From positions 1 to 33,415 of the forward strand of contig JBJFGS010000043.1 of the NCBI GenBank assembly GCA_051892935.1: DNA of 33,415 nt, written 5' to 3'. This document shows, piece by piece, positions 1-9,310 of the stretch. A model generated the notes under the pieces. The model was not told the origin of the DNA. It ran no database searches and saw nothing but the letters and a program-made list of their open reading frames with translations. Position numbers and translations under genes: made by a program. The stretch's first letter is position 1. Every line of letters begins with the position of its first letter. This DNA is from Candidatus Coprovivens sp. Its GTDB lineage: Bacteria; Bacillota_I; Bacilli_A; RF39; UBA660.

Positions 1-21
1 GCCGACTTTGTCGACACTCTG
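1..21. repeat. 21-bp element end, exact inverted copy of 33367..33387 (possible IS/MITE terminus)
   Basis: GCCGACTTTGTCGACACTCTG is the exact reverse complement of CAGAGTGTCGACAAAGTCGGC at 33367..33387. It is GC-rich against an AT-rich background. Confidence 0.9.
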
Positions 22-22
22 T

Positions 23-54
23 AAAAGAATAAAGCTATAAGGCTTTATTCTTTT
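23..54 (-). terminator. Intrinsic terminator overlapping the stop codon of the 566-aa gene
   Basis: Stem AAAAGAATAAAGC (23..35) / GCTTTATTCTTTT (42..54) with a 6-nt loop. Confidence 0.7.
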
Positions 55-1735
55 TAGATTGAAGATATTCATCTAGTATGGATATATTATAGGGATTAAA
101 TAAATTATCAAATTCTTTTATTGAAATAGTTAAATCCAAAGTAGTTTGATTATCTTTTTTATTAATAAATCTTATTGTTGCATTTTCTAGATTAGTTGAT
201 GAATTACTAAAGTAGAAGTGAACGTTACCATGAGCAATTGCATTTCTAATGTATTCTATTAAGTATCTATTATAATAATAATTACTATTATCATCTAAGT
301 TAAATTCATTTAACTTTTGTTCACGTTTTTTAAGTGTTTCTAACTCTTCTAGTTGTTCTTCTACTATTTTACTTATTTTATTATTAAGAGCTTCAAGAGC
401 TATTTTTAGTTTTTCTTGTTCTTCATTTGTTTTTGATGTACTAAGTAAACGTTTTATGTTTGCTTGTTGAGTTTTTATTTTTTCTAGTTCATTATTTATT
501 GTACTTAGTCTTTTTTGAGAAGCAGTTACTGCATTACTATAAGAAGATTGCCTTCCTTGGGGAATTATAAAAATTGTTGGTTTAAGTACTTGAAGATCTA
601 ATTTACTATAATCAAAGTAGTCTATTCCATCATTGGTATTATCTTTTGATTTACAGATATTTTCTAATGGGTATTGATAATGGGCATAAAAACCTAGAAG
701 TTCTGTAACGAGAATCATTTCTAAGATACTTGTAAATAGATTGTTAGAACTAATATTTTGAATGGCTTGATTTAATGATTGATAATTGGTGTTTTCTAAG
801 CTATTAAGAACATATAAATTATAATGAATACCATCTGTAATGTTTTCTAATGGTTTATCATCATTTAAAAGTTTCTGATACCAATTTGATATTAGTACTA
901 TTTGAGTTCTTAAATCCATTTTTTTTATTTCAGATATATTTTCTTTGATAAATGATGATAATTTATTAGCGTGTTTAGTTTTTGATAATGGTTTTATAAC
1001 TGGTTCAACTTCAATACCATATTGATTAAAATAGCTTTTTATAAGATTTGGAGATAACTTTGTATTATATTTTTCTTCGTATAATGATATAGTTTTTGGA
1101 ATCTGTTTAAGTAATTCTTCTATTAAGGCTTTTTTTTCTGGAGTTATAGAGTTATTGCTATGGAAGTTATACTCTATATAATAAATGTTATCTAATATAT
1201 TATTGATATCATTATAATGCTTTATTTTTTTGGTATTGGAAGTACTGCCATAGATTTGAATTCTTTGATAAGTAGAAGATGTTGTATATAAATCTATTCT
1301 TTCTATTAAAAGAATTGTAAAACTATATAAAGCATTTTTAGGTATTTTAACTTGTTGGTTTTGAATATTAAGTATTATATTATCACTTGTAGAATCTATT
1401 ATAAATTCACCATGAGCGATTTTATTACGGATTATTTTTATTATTTCATCTTTATTTTCAAAAGGTATATTCCCTAAATAATATTTATTACCTATTTTTT
1501 TACAGATAATACTGATGATTTGTTCTAATATGTTATCATCTATATAGTTATCTTTATTTTCATCTTTAGTAGTTATTCGATCTTTATTAAGAATTATATT
1601 TAAACAGGAAAAAAGAATTTCTAGAGTTTTTATTTGAATTGGTTGTTGAGATAGTTGGTTTGGTCTGTTAAAAATAAAATCTTTGTATGACATAAAAGCA
1701 TGATTAAAAGATACTAAAGAGTTTATGTTATTCAT
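35..1735 (-). CDS. Tandem (two-motif) HEPN-like putative ribonuclease with a coiled-coil insertion
   Basis: 566-aa ORF with RBS GGAGG. Two R-N-x3-H motifs: IRNKIAHG (R103/H108) and IRNAIAHG (R497/H502). A heptad-like K/E/L-rich segment precedes the second motif. Confidence 0.7.
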   Translation of the reverse strand: MNNINSLVSFNHAFMSYKDFIFNRPNQLSQQPIQIKTLEILFSCLNIILNKDRITTKDENKDNYIDDNILEQIISIICKKIGNKYYLGNIPFENKDEIIKIIRNKIAHGEFIIDSTSDNIILNIQNQQVKIPKNALYSFTILLIERIDLYTTSSTYQRIQIYGSTSNTKKIKHYNDINNILDNIYYIEYNFHSNNSITPEKKALIEELLKQIPKTISLYEEKYNTKLSPNLIKSYFNQYGIEVEPVIKPLSKTKHANKLSSFIKENISEIKKMDLRTQIVLISNWYQKLLNDDKPLENITDGIHYNLYVLNSLENTNYQSLNQAIQNISSNNLFTSILEMILVTELLGFYAHYQYPLENICKSKDNTNDGIDYFDYSKLDLQVLKPTIFIIPQGRQSSYSNAVTASQKRLSTINNELEKIKTQQANIKRLLSTSKTNEEQEKLKIALEALNNKISKIVEEQLEELETLKKREQKLNEFNLDDNSNYYYNRYLIEYIRNAIAHGNVHFYFSNSSTNLENATIRFINKKDNQTTLDLTISIKEFDNLFNPYNISILDEYLQSKKNKAL

Positions 1736-1738
1736 CTT

Positions 1739-2881
1739 CTAAACCTCCAATTTTAATTTTTTTTGTTCACTTGTTTTTTCTAATAAATAAGAAGAATTTA
1801 TTAAGTAAAATAATGTATCTAATCTCATTGAACAATGGAATTCTGTTTGATTATTTTTTATATAGAATAGTTTTATTATTGGGTTGGCTAGAAATCTATT
1901 AATTTCAATTGTTCCTGATTGATAAGATTTAGTGATGTACATAAGAATATTTTCATTATATATTTCAGGAGACATTCTTAAAATATAAAGGGAAAAAAAG
2001 TAATTGTTTTTTTCTTTTTCTATTTCTATTAGTTCTTGTTCGATACGAGTTATTATTTTTAGACTTACTTTTAAATCATGATCATAACGTTCTCTTTCGA
2101 TATATAATTCATTTTCTTTTTGTAATAAAAGTTTGATCTTTTTTTCTATTTCATCTATTAATGGATTGTTAATAGTAGTTTTTCTTAAACCTATTTCGTT
2201 TTGTGGTAATGAAATCTCTTGAAAAGGGATTTCTCTTTTATTATAAGCATATACCGTAAAAGGGTATAAATTTAAATAACTCGAAAGTATTTTTAAGTAT
2301 TTTAGAGGATAGTTTTCTAAACTATCATTTATTGCTTTTATTATCATATCATTCATTAAAGATATGAAATCCTCTTTGGTATGAGTGATGTAAGGAATGG
2401 TGTCTTGATTAATTTTTGTTGTTCTTTCATAAATAAGAGCTTTTTCTACATGGGTAGTATAAAATGCTGGTTTGTTAATTCTATTAAATTCTATTATCTT
2501 CCCTTTGCTTGTGAAATGTGTATTTGTAGGTTTAGGATTATTTGTATTATTTAGATAAATTATATTATTATTGTTTTTTGTAGTATTTTCTATTATGCTT
2601 AATGTATTAATTAATTCTTCTAGAGTAATTATTATATCATTTATTATAATGCAATTATCTTCTAATATGAAATTACTATCTTCTATTAAAGATAGATAAA
2701 GTTCCTTATTGGGAATGTTTGATTTAATAAGATATTCTTTGTTTAGTGTTAAATAATATATTATTAATTCTATTTTTAGAGTTGAATCTAATATAGGAGT
2801 TTCATTTTTTGTTAAGGCATTACAAAAAGAATTGTTACTTATTACAAATTTTTTTAAAGTATCAGATTCTCTTTGAGTCAT
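1739..2881 (-). CDS. Hypothetical protein; degenerate paralog of the tandem-HEPN protein
   Basis: 380-aa ORF. Coiled coil followed by EIYNENILMYITKSYQSGTIEI...IKLFYIKNNQTEFHCSMRLDTLFYLIN, which aligns by eye with the C-terminal block of 35..1735. No R-x4-H in that block. Confidence 0.6.
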   Translation of the reverse strand: MTQRESDTLKKFVISNNSFCNALTKNETPILDSTLKIELIIYYLTLNKEYLIKSNIPNKELYLSLIEDSNFILEDNCIIINDIIITLEELINTLSIIENTTKNNNNIIYLNNTNNPKPTNTHFTSKGKIIEFNRINKPAFYTTHVEKALIYERTTKINQDTIPYITHTKEDFISLMNDMIIKAINDSLENYPLKYLKILSSYLNLYPFTVYAYNKREIPFQEISLPQNEIGLRKTTINNPLIDEIEKKIKLLLQKENELYIERERYDHDLKVSLKIITRIEQELIEIEKEKNNYFFSLYILRMSPEIYNENILMYITKSYQSGTIEINRFLANPIIKLFYIKNNQTEFHCSMRLDTLFYLINSSYLLEKTSEQKKLKLEV

Positions 2882-2899
2882 ATTAACTACTTCCTTGTA

Positions 2900-3160
2900 T
2901 TATAAATTATAATCTTCTTTTATTTTTTCTATTTCTTTAATAATGACTTTTTTCTTATTAGGAGATATATTAGTATTTAACATATTTATTTTATTAAGAA
3001 TATTAGCTTTTTCTTCATTATCTATATTTAACTTGTATATATCATCTTTTAATCTACTATATTCATCATTATTTTGTGATTCTTCAATAGGTATAGAAAA
3101 AAATTCTGTTAAGTTATTACCTAATTGATATGATGTTTTGTTTTTTACTATAAGTCCCAT
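2900..3160 (-). CDS. Small hypothetical protein, first gene of the putative 86/380/566-aa operon
   Basis: 86-aa ORF with GGTGA RBS. It lies 18 bp before the next co-oriented gene and has a plausible charged, helical composition. Confidence 0.65.
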   Translation of the reverse strand: MGLIVKNKTSYQLGNNLTEFFSIPIEESQNNDEYSRLKDDIYKLNIDNEEKANILNKINMLNTNISPNKKKVIIKEIEKIKEDYNL

Positions 3161-3202
3161 ATGTAATCACCAGTTATATTTTATCATATTTTATTAGTAT
3201 AA

Positions 3203-3227
3203 TAAAAGATGAGTTATAAACTCATCT
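3203..3227 (-). terminator. Intrinsic terminator of the 509-aa gene
   Basis: AGATGAGTT-ATA-AACTCATCT hairpin (3207..3227) followed by a T-run on the minus strand. It overlaps the TGA stop. Confidence 0.65.
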
Positions 3228-4751
3228 CAAAGGCATTCCAAAATCTTCTATTCGATAATTAAAGTTTTCTATAAAGACAATAAGTTTTTCAATATTTATA
3301 GTAGCTTTAAAAACTACTTTACCTATTTCGTCGTTGTATTTTTCAAATACAATTTGATTAGTTCCTAGTTTAAAGTATACTCTTCCATATTTTACGCATT
3401 CAAGTAATAGTTTTATTATTAAATCATTATCAAATGCTATGCTTTCTATTGAAGTTTGTTTAGCTATACGAATACTATCTTGAAGAATATTTCTTTTTTG
3501 TCCTAGTTCTTCTTCTAGAGTTTCATGAGAACTAAAAGATGATAATAAGCTTTTTCTTTCTTGTTTAATTTTTTTTAATTCTTCTTTGTCCTTTATTTGA
3601 TCTAAGTTTGATATTATATTAGATAAATTATCTAATATATTAGAAATAGTTGATTTTTCTTCAAGAGACTTATTAATTTGTTTAATTATTGAATTTAATT
3701 CAATTAATTCAGCTTCTGTTTTAGATGATAGGTACTCATCTATATTAAAATCTGTTAAAGATGTTAATTCTAAATCTATATCTAATGAAGTTATTATTTT
3801 AAAATATATATTTATTAAACCTATTATGGCTTCTTTTCTATTTATGTCATTTATTTCGTATCCGTGGACATTTTTATCACTTGCTATAAGAACTAGTTTT
3901 TGAGCCGCTTTTTTGGCTTTTTTATTACTATTAATAAATTCTATCATCCATTTATTTAAGTATTTTTGTTGTACTTCTAATGTTTCACTATAGAATGTCC
4001 TTCCTAGTTGTTCTGCTTTAGCTACAATAAAGAAAGCATCTGTTAATTTATATTTACTGATTTCGCAATTTACATTAGGGGATGTTTCATTTTCAAATAA
4101 TTCAATTATATCTGATACTTTTATTTCTTTTTTACCTGTAAGTTGACTATTAGTTTTAGCTTCTGTACTTGAAAATTCTATATCATAATCAATATTAGGA
4201 TTTGATGATGATAGTTCTACTAAGAAAGTTTTTGTATGGTGTAAATAATTTAATAAAGCATTTTTATCTGTTATGTTGTTTTCTTTATTTTTGTTATAAA
4301 AGTACATTCTTTGATACTTTGTTCTTTCGGTTGCTTGAGCTAGACGATATAACCATATTTGAGGTATTGTTGTTTCAAGATCTGTACTAGATACGAAAAT
4401 ATTATTTGATTCATCAAATAGGTAGTTTCCTTCTTTTAATGCTTCTATTAATAATGTGTAATATTTTTTATAATCATAATTATATCTTGGATCTTGATAT
4501 GGGGTATGTGTTGGTTCATCATAAATACCTGGTATTTTTCCATCTATCAAAAATTGATTTAAAGAAAAAGGTTGATTTAAATCAAAATTATCGATTAAAT
4601 CATTGATAGAAAACAAATTGAATAGGTTTCGTTTGGCTTCTTCAAATTGTTCTGTACTATCAAATTCAGAGGAGATTTCTTCACTTAGGTTAACTTTGTG
4701 GGCTAAAAAGCGAATTAGTACTTCAATGCATTTTAGTTCTTTAATTGGCAT
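3222..4751 (-). CDS. Hypothetical protein; degenerate paralog of the tandem-HEPN protein
   Basis: 509-aa ORF with AGGTG RBS. N-block LLIEALKEGNYLFDESNNIFV..TTIPQIWL, coiled coil, C-block DNDLIIKLLLECVKYGRVYF...VFKATINIEKL. R-x4-H is absent from both blocks. Confidence 0.6.
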   Translation of the reverse strand: MPIKELKCIEVLIRFLAHKVNLSEEISSEFDSTEQFEEAKRNLFNLFSINDLIDNFDLNQPFSLNQFLIDGKIPGIYDEPTHTPYQDPRYNYDYKKYYTLLIEALKEGNYLFDESNNIFVSSTDLETTIPQIWLYRLAQATERTKYQRMYFYNKNKENNITDKNALLNYLHHTKTFLVELSSSNPNIDYDIEFSSTEAKTNSQLTGKKEIKVSDIIELFENETSPNVNCEISKYKLTDAFFIVAKAEQLGRTFYSETLEVQQKYLNKWMIEFINSNKKAKKAAQKLVLIASDKNVHGYEINDINRKEAIIGLINIYFKIITSLDIDLELTSLTDFNIDEYLSSKTEAELIELNSIIKQINKSLEEKSTISNILDNLSNIISNLDQIKDKEELKKIKQERKSLLSSFSSHETLEEELGQKRNILQDSIRIAKQTSIESIAFDNDLIIKLLLECVKYGRVYFKLGTNQIVFEKYNDEIGKVVFKATINIEKLIVFIENFNYRIEDFGMPLR

Positions 4752-4852
4752 TTTTTACACCTACTCTCCTACTATGTTTATCTTTTATTATTATAACATA
4801 AGAGAAATTAAAAAACTACAATTATGTTCTATAAAAAAAGTTTAACGATTGG

Positions 4853-5923
4853 TTAAACTTTAGTAGTTGGATTATTTAGTTCAGAATCATCCTTTAAAGG
4901 AGTTAAAATTTTTAATAGTGATTTTATATCAATTTTTGTATCTTGTGATAAACCTTCAACGTGAATATATCCTTTTATTGGTTCACCAAATCTTTTTATA
5001 TCTTCATAATCTTTAGCAAATGTTCCGTTAATTAGTTTTAGTGTTGAAGGAATTGTTTGTTCTTCATTTGAATATGAAACTGAAGATTGGTCTTTTTCTG
5101 GAGGAATATTTTCAATATCTTGGTGAGTTAAATCTTGGCTAAAACTAAAAATCGTATTATATAGGTATTTTCCGGATGCTTCAAATGGATTTAGTTCTAA
5201 AATATCATACATATTTTGATAAGAAAAAATGTCTATAACAAAAGTATCAGGGAAATTAGGATTTTTATGTTCAAGAATTCTTTCTACATATTCAATTACT
5301 TCTATAGGTATTCTATGATATGTTGTATCTGTTATTCTTGAAATATTCATAATTCTGTTTTTATAAATAAATATACGATATTCTTCTTTTCCGAGTTCAT
5401 CTTCATTAATATCAACCTTTTCTGAAATAATGAATTCTTCATCTTCATGATAAGTGAAGGCTTTCCTTAGAGCACTATTTTCATCAAATAACTCCGATAA
5501 ATCAATTATTCCATTAAAGTCTTTTTTCTTTGTTTTTAAAAATACTTCTGTTTTATTATGAAATACTTTATATAAGTATTGTAAGAATTCTTTATCATGT
5601 AGATATGAACCAGTAAAAGATATTATTAATCTTTTTGTTTCAAAATAGTTATACCATTCTTCTATTTTATTTAAAGCTTCTATGTTATTGGGAATTATAG
5701 CTCCTTGTTCTATTAGAGCTTTTATCATATTGGGGAGTTGAAATATGAATGATGAAGGTATTATTTTCTTACCTTTAACATCTATTATATTATCTTGAGA
5801 GTCTTTGAATTCATTTGTTGTTTCATCATAATAAATAAATGCATTTTGACTTAATGCGTATTCTATTTCTCTATTTGTTCGTGGTAAGTTAGTAAATTCT
5901 TTGTTGTTATAACAATAATACAT
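4853..5923 (-). CDS. ATP-grasp domain protein (DUF4343/R2K, Cdc123-like clade)
   Basis: Motifs VFLKT, FIISE, EYRIFIYKNRI, FVIDI and ILELNPFEASGKY (ExN). The ATG at 5923 has an AGGTGA RBS and is preferred over the GTG at 5932. Confidence 0.75.
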   Translation of the reverse strand: MYYCYNNKEFTNLPRTNREIEYALSQNAFIYYDETTNEFKDSQDNIIDVKGKKIIPSSFIFQLPNMIKALIEQGAIIPNNIEALNKIEEWYNYFETKRLIISFTGSYLHDKEFLQYLYKVFHNKTEVFLKTKKKDFNGIIDLSELFDENSALRKAFTYHEDEEFIISEKVDINEDELGKEEYRIFIYKNRIMNISRITDTTYHRIPIEVIEYVERILEHKNPNFPDTFVIDIFSYQNMYDILELNPFEASGKYLYNTIFSFSQDLTHQDIENIPPEKDQSSVSYSNEEQTIPSTLKLINGTFAKDYEDIKRFGEPIKGYIHVEGLSQDTKIDIKSLLKILTPLKDDSELNNPTTKV

Positions 5924-5953
5924 AAATATCACCTGTTTATGTATTATATCATT

Positions 5954-6832
5954 TTATCGGCTATATCTGTTTTTTATTTTTTTAGTTAATGTTAGAGAAT
6001 GTTCTGAAATGTAAATATTATTGTTTCTTCCTGATCCTAAAATAATATATGGTTTGATATCAATTCCGTGGTAGTCACTACCACCACTTTCTAATAAATT
6101 ATATTTCTTGGCTTGTTCATGATAAAAAGCTCTTTCTTCTGGAGTTAGATTAGGATGTATAGTTTCTAATGAATCTATTCCTGCTGCAACAAAGTAAGGC
6201 ATTATTTCCGCAAATTCAGAATTAGTATATTTTAGACTACTGGGATGAGCCAAGCTTGTTGTTCCACCTGCTTGATGAATTAGTGATGCTCCTTCTTCTA
6301 AGGTTATGCCTCTTTTTACTTTTCTGGCTTTATCATAAATAGGATTTAAATATCGATCAAAGCATTCATCGACATTATTACAAAAGCCATATTTAATTAA
6401 TAATTTTGCTAGTTGGGGACGACCAATATTTCCTTTAGTATTTAATAAGCTATCGATTTCAAATTGGGGGAAAGTAATACCATATTCTTTTTTTAATAAA
6501 CTTATGTATAACAATATATTATATATAGATATTTCTTTTATTTCTCTTAATACTTTATTTAGTGTTGGATTATCAACATCTATGTTATACCCTAAAAGAT
6601 GCATTCTTCCTTGTTTGTATTTTATAGTTAATTCTACTCCACTATAAATATTTATTTTAGGACTATTATATTTTATTATTTCTTTTGATCCTTCTATATC
6701 ATCATGATCTGTTAATGCTAGATTCGTAATATTTTGAGATAAAGCTATTTTTACTATTTCTGTTGGAGTATTACATCCATCAGAATGAACACTATGAGTG
6801 TGTAAATCATCTATTCTATTTTTCATATACAT
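5954..6832 (-). CDS. PHP-domain metal-dependent phosphoesterase (TrpH/YciV-like)
   Basis: DLHTHSVHSDG, ALTDHD, GVEL, HLLGY, GRPQLA, LAHP, GGSDYHG. The true start may be the ATG at 6826. Confidence 0.9.
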   Translation of the reverse strand: MYMKNRIDDLHTHSVHSDGCNTPTEIVKIALSQNITNLALTDHDDIEGSKEIIKYNSPKINIYSGVELTIKYKQGRMHLLGYNIDVDNPTLNKVLREIKEISIYNILLYISLLKKEYGITFPQFEIDSLLNTKGNIGRPQLAKLLIKYGFCNNVDECFDRYLNPIYDKARKVKRGITLEEGASLIHQAGGTTSLAHPSSLKYTNSEFAEIMPYFVAAGIDSLETIHPNLTPEERAFYHEQAKKYNLLESGGSDYHGIDIKPYIILGSGRNNNIYISEHSLTLTKKIKNRYSR

Positions 6833-6925
6833 TTTCCTTCTTTTTTCTTTGTTTGTATTGAATTATAAAATAAAAATAACTATAATAAAAATACTTTCTT
6901 TTTATATTTATGATAACAGGAGGTT

Positions 6926-7843
6926 ATGATAATGAATATGAATATTAATTTTGAATTATATAGAATATTTTATGTAGTGGCAACTGTCGGTAATATAACA
7001 AAGGCTAGTCAAAAACTAAACATTAGTCAGCCAGCTGTTACAAAACAAATAAAGAACTTAGAAACCCAACTTGGAGGAGAGTTATTTATTAGAACAAAAC
7101 GAGGAGTTATTTTAACTGATAATGGTCGTGAAATATATAATTTTATTAAACAAGCTATGAATTGTTTTAGTAATGCTGAATTACAATTTTCTAATTTAAA
7201 AAAATTAGAATCTGGAGTAATTAGAATTGGGACTAGTATAGCTTTAGCGAGATTTTTTTTAATGAAATATTTAGATATATTTCATAAGGAATATCCGAAT
7301 GTAGCAATACAATTATTTACAGATCCAAGTAAAGTTATGAGAAAAATGTTGAAAGATGGTACATTGGATATATTAATAGCTAAAGAGGAAAATATGGAGG
7401 ATGAGGATTTAGATGTAATTAGAATTGGTGAACTACATCATTGTTTCGTTGCTTCTGATTATTTTTGTGAATTAAAAGAAAGAAAGATACATTTACAAGA
7501 TTTAGAAGAATATCCTATTTTACTGCAAAAGACTCCTTCGACTACTCGTGAATCATTTGATTCATTTTGTAAAGAACATAATATTGAAATTACAACTAAG
7601 TTAGAAATAGCCAGTGCTACTTTATTGGAAGACTTTGTAAAGATTGGTTTAGGTGTTGGGCTTGTTACAAAGGAGTTTGCTCAAAAGGAGCTTGATGAAG
7701 GATTAATATTGGAGGTAAAGACTATTCCTGAAATACCTTCAAAGTATTTTTCGTTAATTACTTTAAAAAATTCTTATCATAGTTTTGGAGCAAATAAGTT
7801 ACAAGAAATAATATTGAATGACATAAAAAAAATTTCTAAATAG
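6926..7843 (+). CDS. LysR-family transcriptional regulator
   Basis: N-terminal HTH ITKASQKLNISQPAVTKQIKNLE..LFIRTKRGV.LT..G plus substrate-binding domain. GGAGG RBS; divergent from the PHP gene. Confidence 0.95.
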   Translation: MIMNMNINFELYRIFYVVATVGNITKASQKLNISQPAVTKQIKNLETQLGGELFIRTKRGVILTDNGREIYNFIKQAMNCFSNAELQFSNLKKLESGVIRIGTSIALARFFLMKYLDIFHKEYPNVAIQLFTDPSKVMRKMLKDGTLDILIAKEENMEDEDLDVIRIGELHHCFVASDYFCELKERKIHLQDLEEYPILLQKTPSTTRESFDSFCKEHNIEITTKLEIASATLLEDFVKIGLGVGLVTKEFAQKELDEGLILEVKTIPEIPSKYFSLITLKNSYHSFGANKLQEIILNDIKKISK

Positions 7844-7854
7844 AAATTTTTTTT
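7825..7854. terminator. Bidirectional terminator between convergent lysR and phosphoesterase genes
   Basis: AAAAAAAATTTCTA-AA-TAGAAATTTTTTTT inverted repeat; the stem is weak and AT-rich. Confidence 0.55.
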
Positions 7855-8740
7855 ATTTGTAAGTATATACTAACTTTTTTCCCTTTTTTTGTGGTTCTAA
7901 ATTAAGAATTGTACAATTTAAACCAAATATTTTATTTATTAAAGGTACTTCTACAAAACTACTGACTGCGCCATTAACTAAAAATAATGTATCAGCAATA
8001 TCCCTTATTCCATATGCTATATCTGGAAACAAGGTATAATCTGGAGATAAAAAGCCATATCCATTTAACTTATCTTGAAGAAAATTAGGTGTAAAACCAT
8101 TATGCATATGACCACTAACGACTAAATCAGTATTAGGAACTAAACATCTTTTCGTTTCCTTACTTATGTGATATAAGGATTTTGGATCATGACATAATAA
8201 AATACTAAAATATTCTTTGGAGAAAGACATTTTATTATTTCTTATGTTATATTCTTGAAGAAAGAATTCTTTTGATTCGTGATGTTCTAAATAATAGTAT
8301 ACACTATTATTTATGGCACTAAATTCTAGATCTTCTGTAACTACTTTTTTATTTATATCTAATAATTCGATATTAGGAAGAATACTAAAAGTTGATATTG
8401 CAGCAGATGAACAATAAGAAGACCAATTTTCAAATCCAATTCTTTCATACTGATCATGATTACCTAGACTTATATAAGTTTTAGTATCTCCTGTTAATCT
8501 TGATAAATCACTTATTATATGTTTTTTTGTCGAATGAGATTCTAAGCATTTTCCAATATGAACAATATCTCCTGGTATTAATATATAATCATATAATTCT
8601 GGAGATAATTGAGGAATTTCAAATATTTCTTTAATGTTGCTTCGATCTTTAAAACCTAAGTGTAAATCTGAATATATAAGTATTTTTTTAGATTTTTTTA
8701 TCTTATTTGAATAAATAGTTAATCTTCTAATCTTTCCCAT
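7853..8740 (-). CDS. Calcineurin-like metallophosphoesterase
   Basis: SDLH, PGD, GNHD, HDP and SGHMHNG motifs. Confidence 0.9.
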   Translation of the reverse strand: MGKIRRLTIYSNKIKKSKKILIYSDLHLGFKDRSNIKEIFEIPQLSPELYDYILIPGDIVHIGKCLESHSTKKHIISDLSRLTGDTKTYISLGNHDQYERIGFENWSSYCSSAAISTFSILPNIELLDINKKVVTEDLEFSAINNSVYYYLEHHESKEFFLQEYNIRNNKMSFSKEYFSILLCHDPKSLYHISKETKRCLVPNTDLVVSGHMHNGFTPNFLQDKLNGYGFLSPDYTLFPDIAYGIRDIADTLFLVNGAVSSFVEVPLINKIFGLNCTILNLEPQKKGKKLVYTYK

Positions 8741-8791
8741 AAAGATACCTCTTGGTAATCTATTTTATCTTTTAATAAGAGAAAGTCAATT

Positions 8792-8815
8792 AAAAAAGAT
8801 GATTATTATCATCTT
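8792..8815 (-). terminator. Intrinsic terminator after the thioesterase gene
   Basis: AAGATGAT-TATT-ATCATCTT hairpin with a T-run on the minus strand. Confidence 0.55.
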
Positions 8816-9218
8816 AGTCAATAAAAAAATATGTTCCTGTTACTGTAGCAGCTAAAACATTTTCTTCTGTATAGATATTCGAGCGATATACAGCAGTTGT
8901 TTTTCCAACTTTTAAAATTTCTGCAATACAAATAATTTTTGAACCTTTACAAGGTTTTAAGTAATCTATCTGTGAGTTTATAGTAACAACATTTCTTCCT
9001 GTTGTACGTGCTAATAAGCCCATGGTTGTATCTGCTAAACCAAAAATCAAACCACCATGAGCTGTTTGATTAGGATTTAGTGATATTTCTGTTAATTCAA
9101 TAGACATTTTACATTGTTTATCATTTAATTCTTCAACATGCATATTATTATGTTTTATGAATCCTTCGTTATGTTCAACATAATCAATAATTTGTTTATA
9201 TATTTCTTCTTTTTTCAT
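8814..9218 (-). CDS. PaaI-family hotdog-fold thioesterase
   Basis: LNPNQTAHGGLIFGLADTTMG and IDYLKP motifs; AGGAG RBS. Confidence 0.92.
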   Translation of the reverse strand: MKKEEIYKQIIDYVEHNEGFIKHNNMHVEELNDKQCKMSIELTEISLNPNQTAHGGLIFGLADTTMGLLARTTGRNVVTINSQIDYLKPCKGSKIICIAEILKVGKTTAVYRSNIYTEENVLAATVTGTYFFID

Positions 9219-9310
9219 ATATTCCTCCTATTTCGTTCATGGTTAATTTTATTACAATTATTATTTTTTTACCAGTATTTTATTATTAAAAATTATTATA
9301 TAATAGTGAT

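Noticed and set aside
35-1735. Calling the two-HEPN protein Cas13
   Set aside because: There is no CRISPR array, cas1/cas2 or recognisable Cas13-specific region in the window, and it is short for Cas13. Two R-x4-H motifs alone do not establish this.
3170-3224. TGA read as Trp (genetic code 4) extending the 509-aa ORF
   Set aside because: Long ORFs use TGG for Trp with no internal TGA, and a terminator hairpin overlaps this TGA.
2943-4845. Short plus-strand ORFs 2943..3128, 4202..4390, 4406..4606, 4603..4845
   Set aside because: Antisense shadows of longer minus-strand genes, with F/L/I/S-rich composition and no clear RBS.
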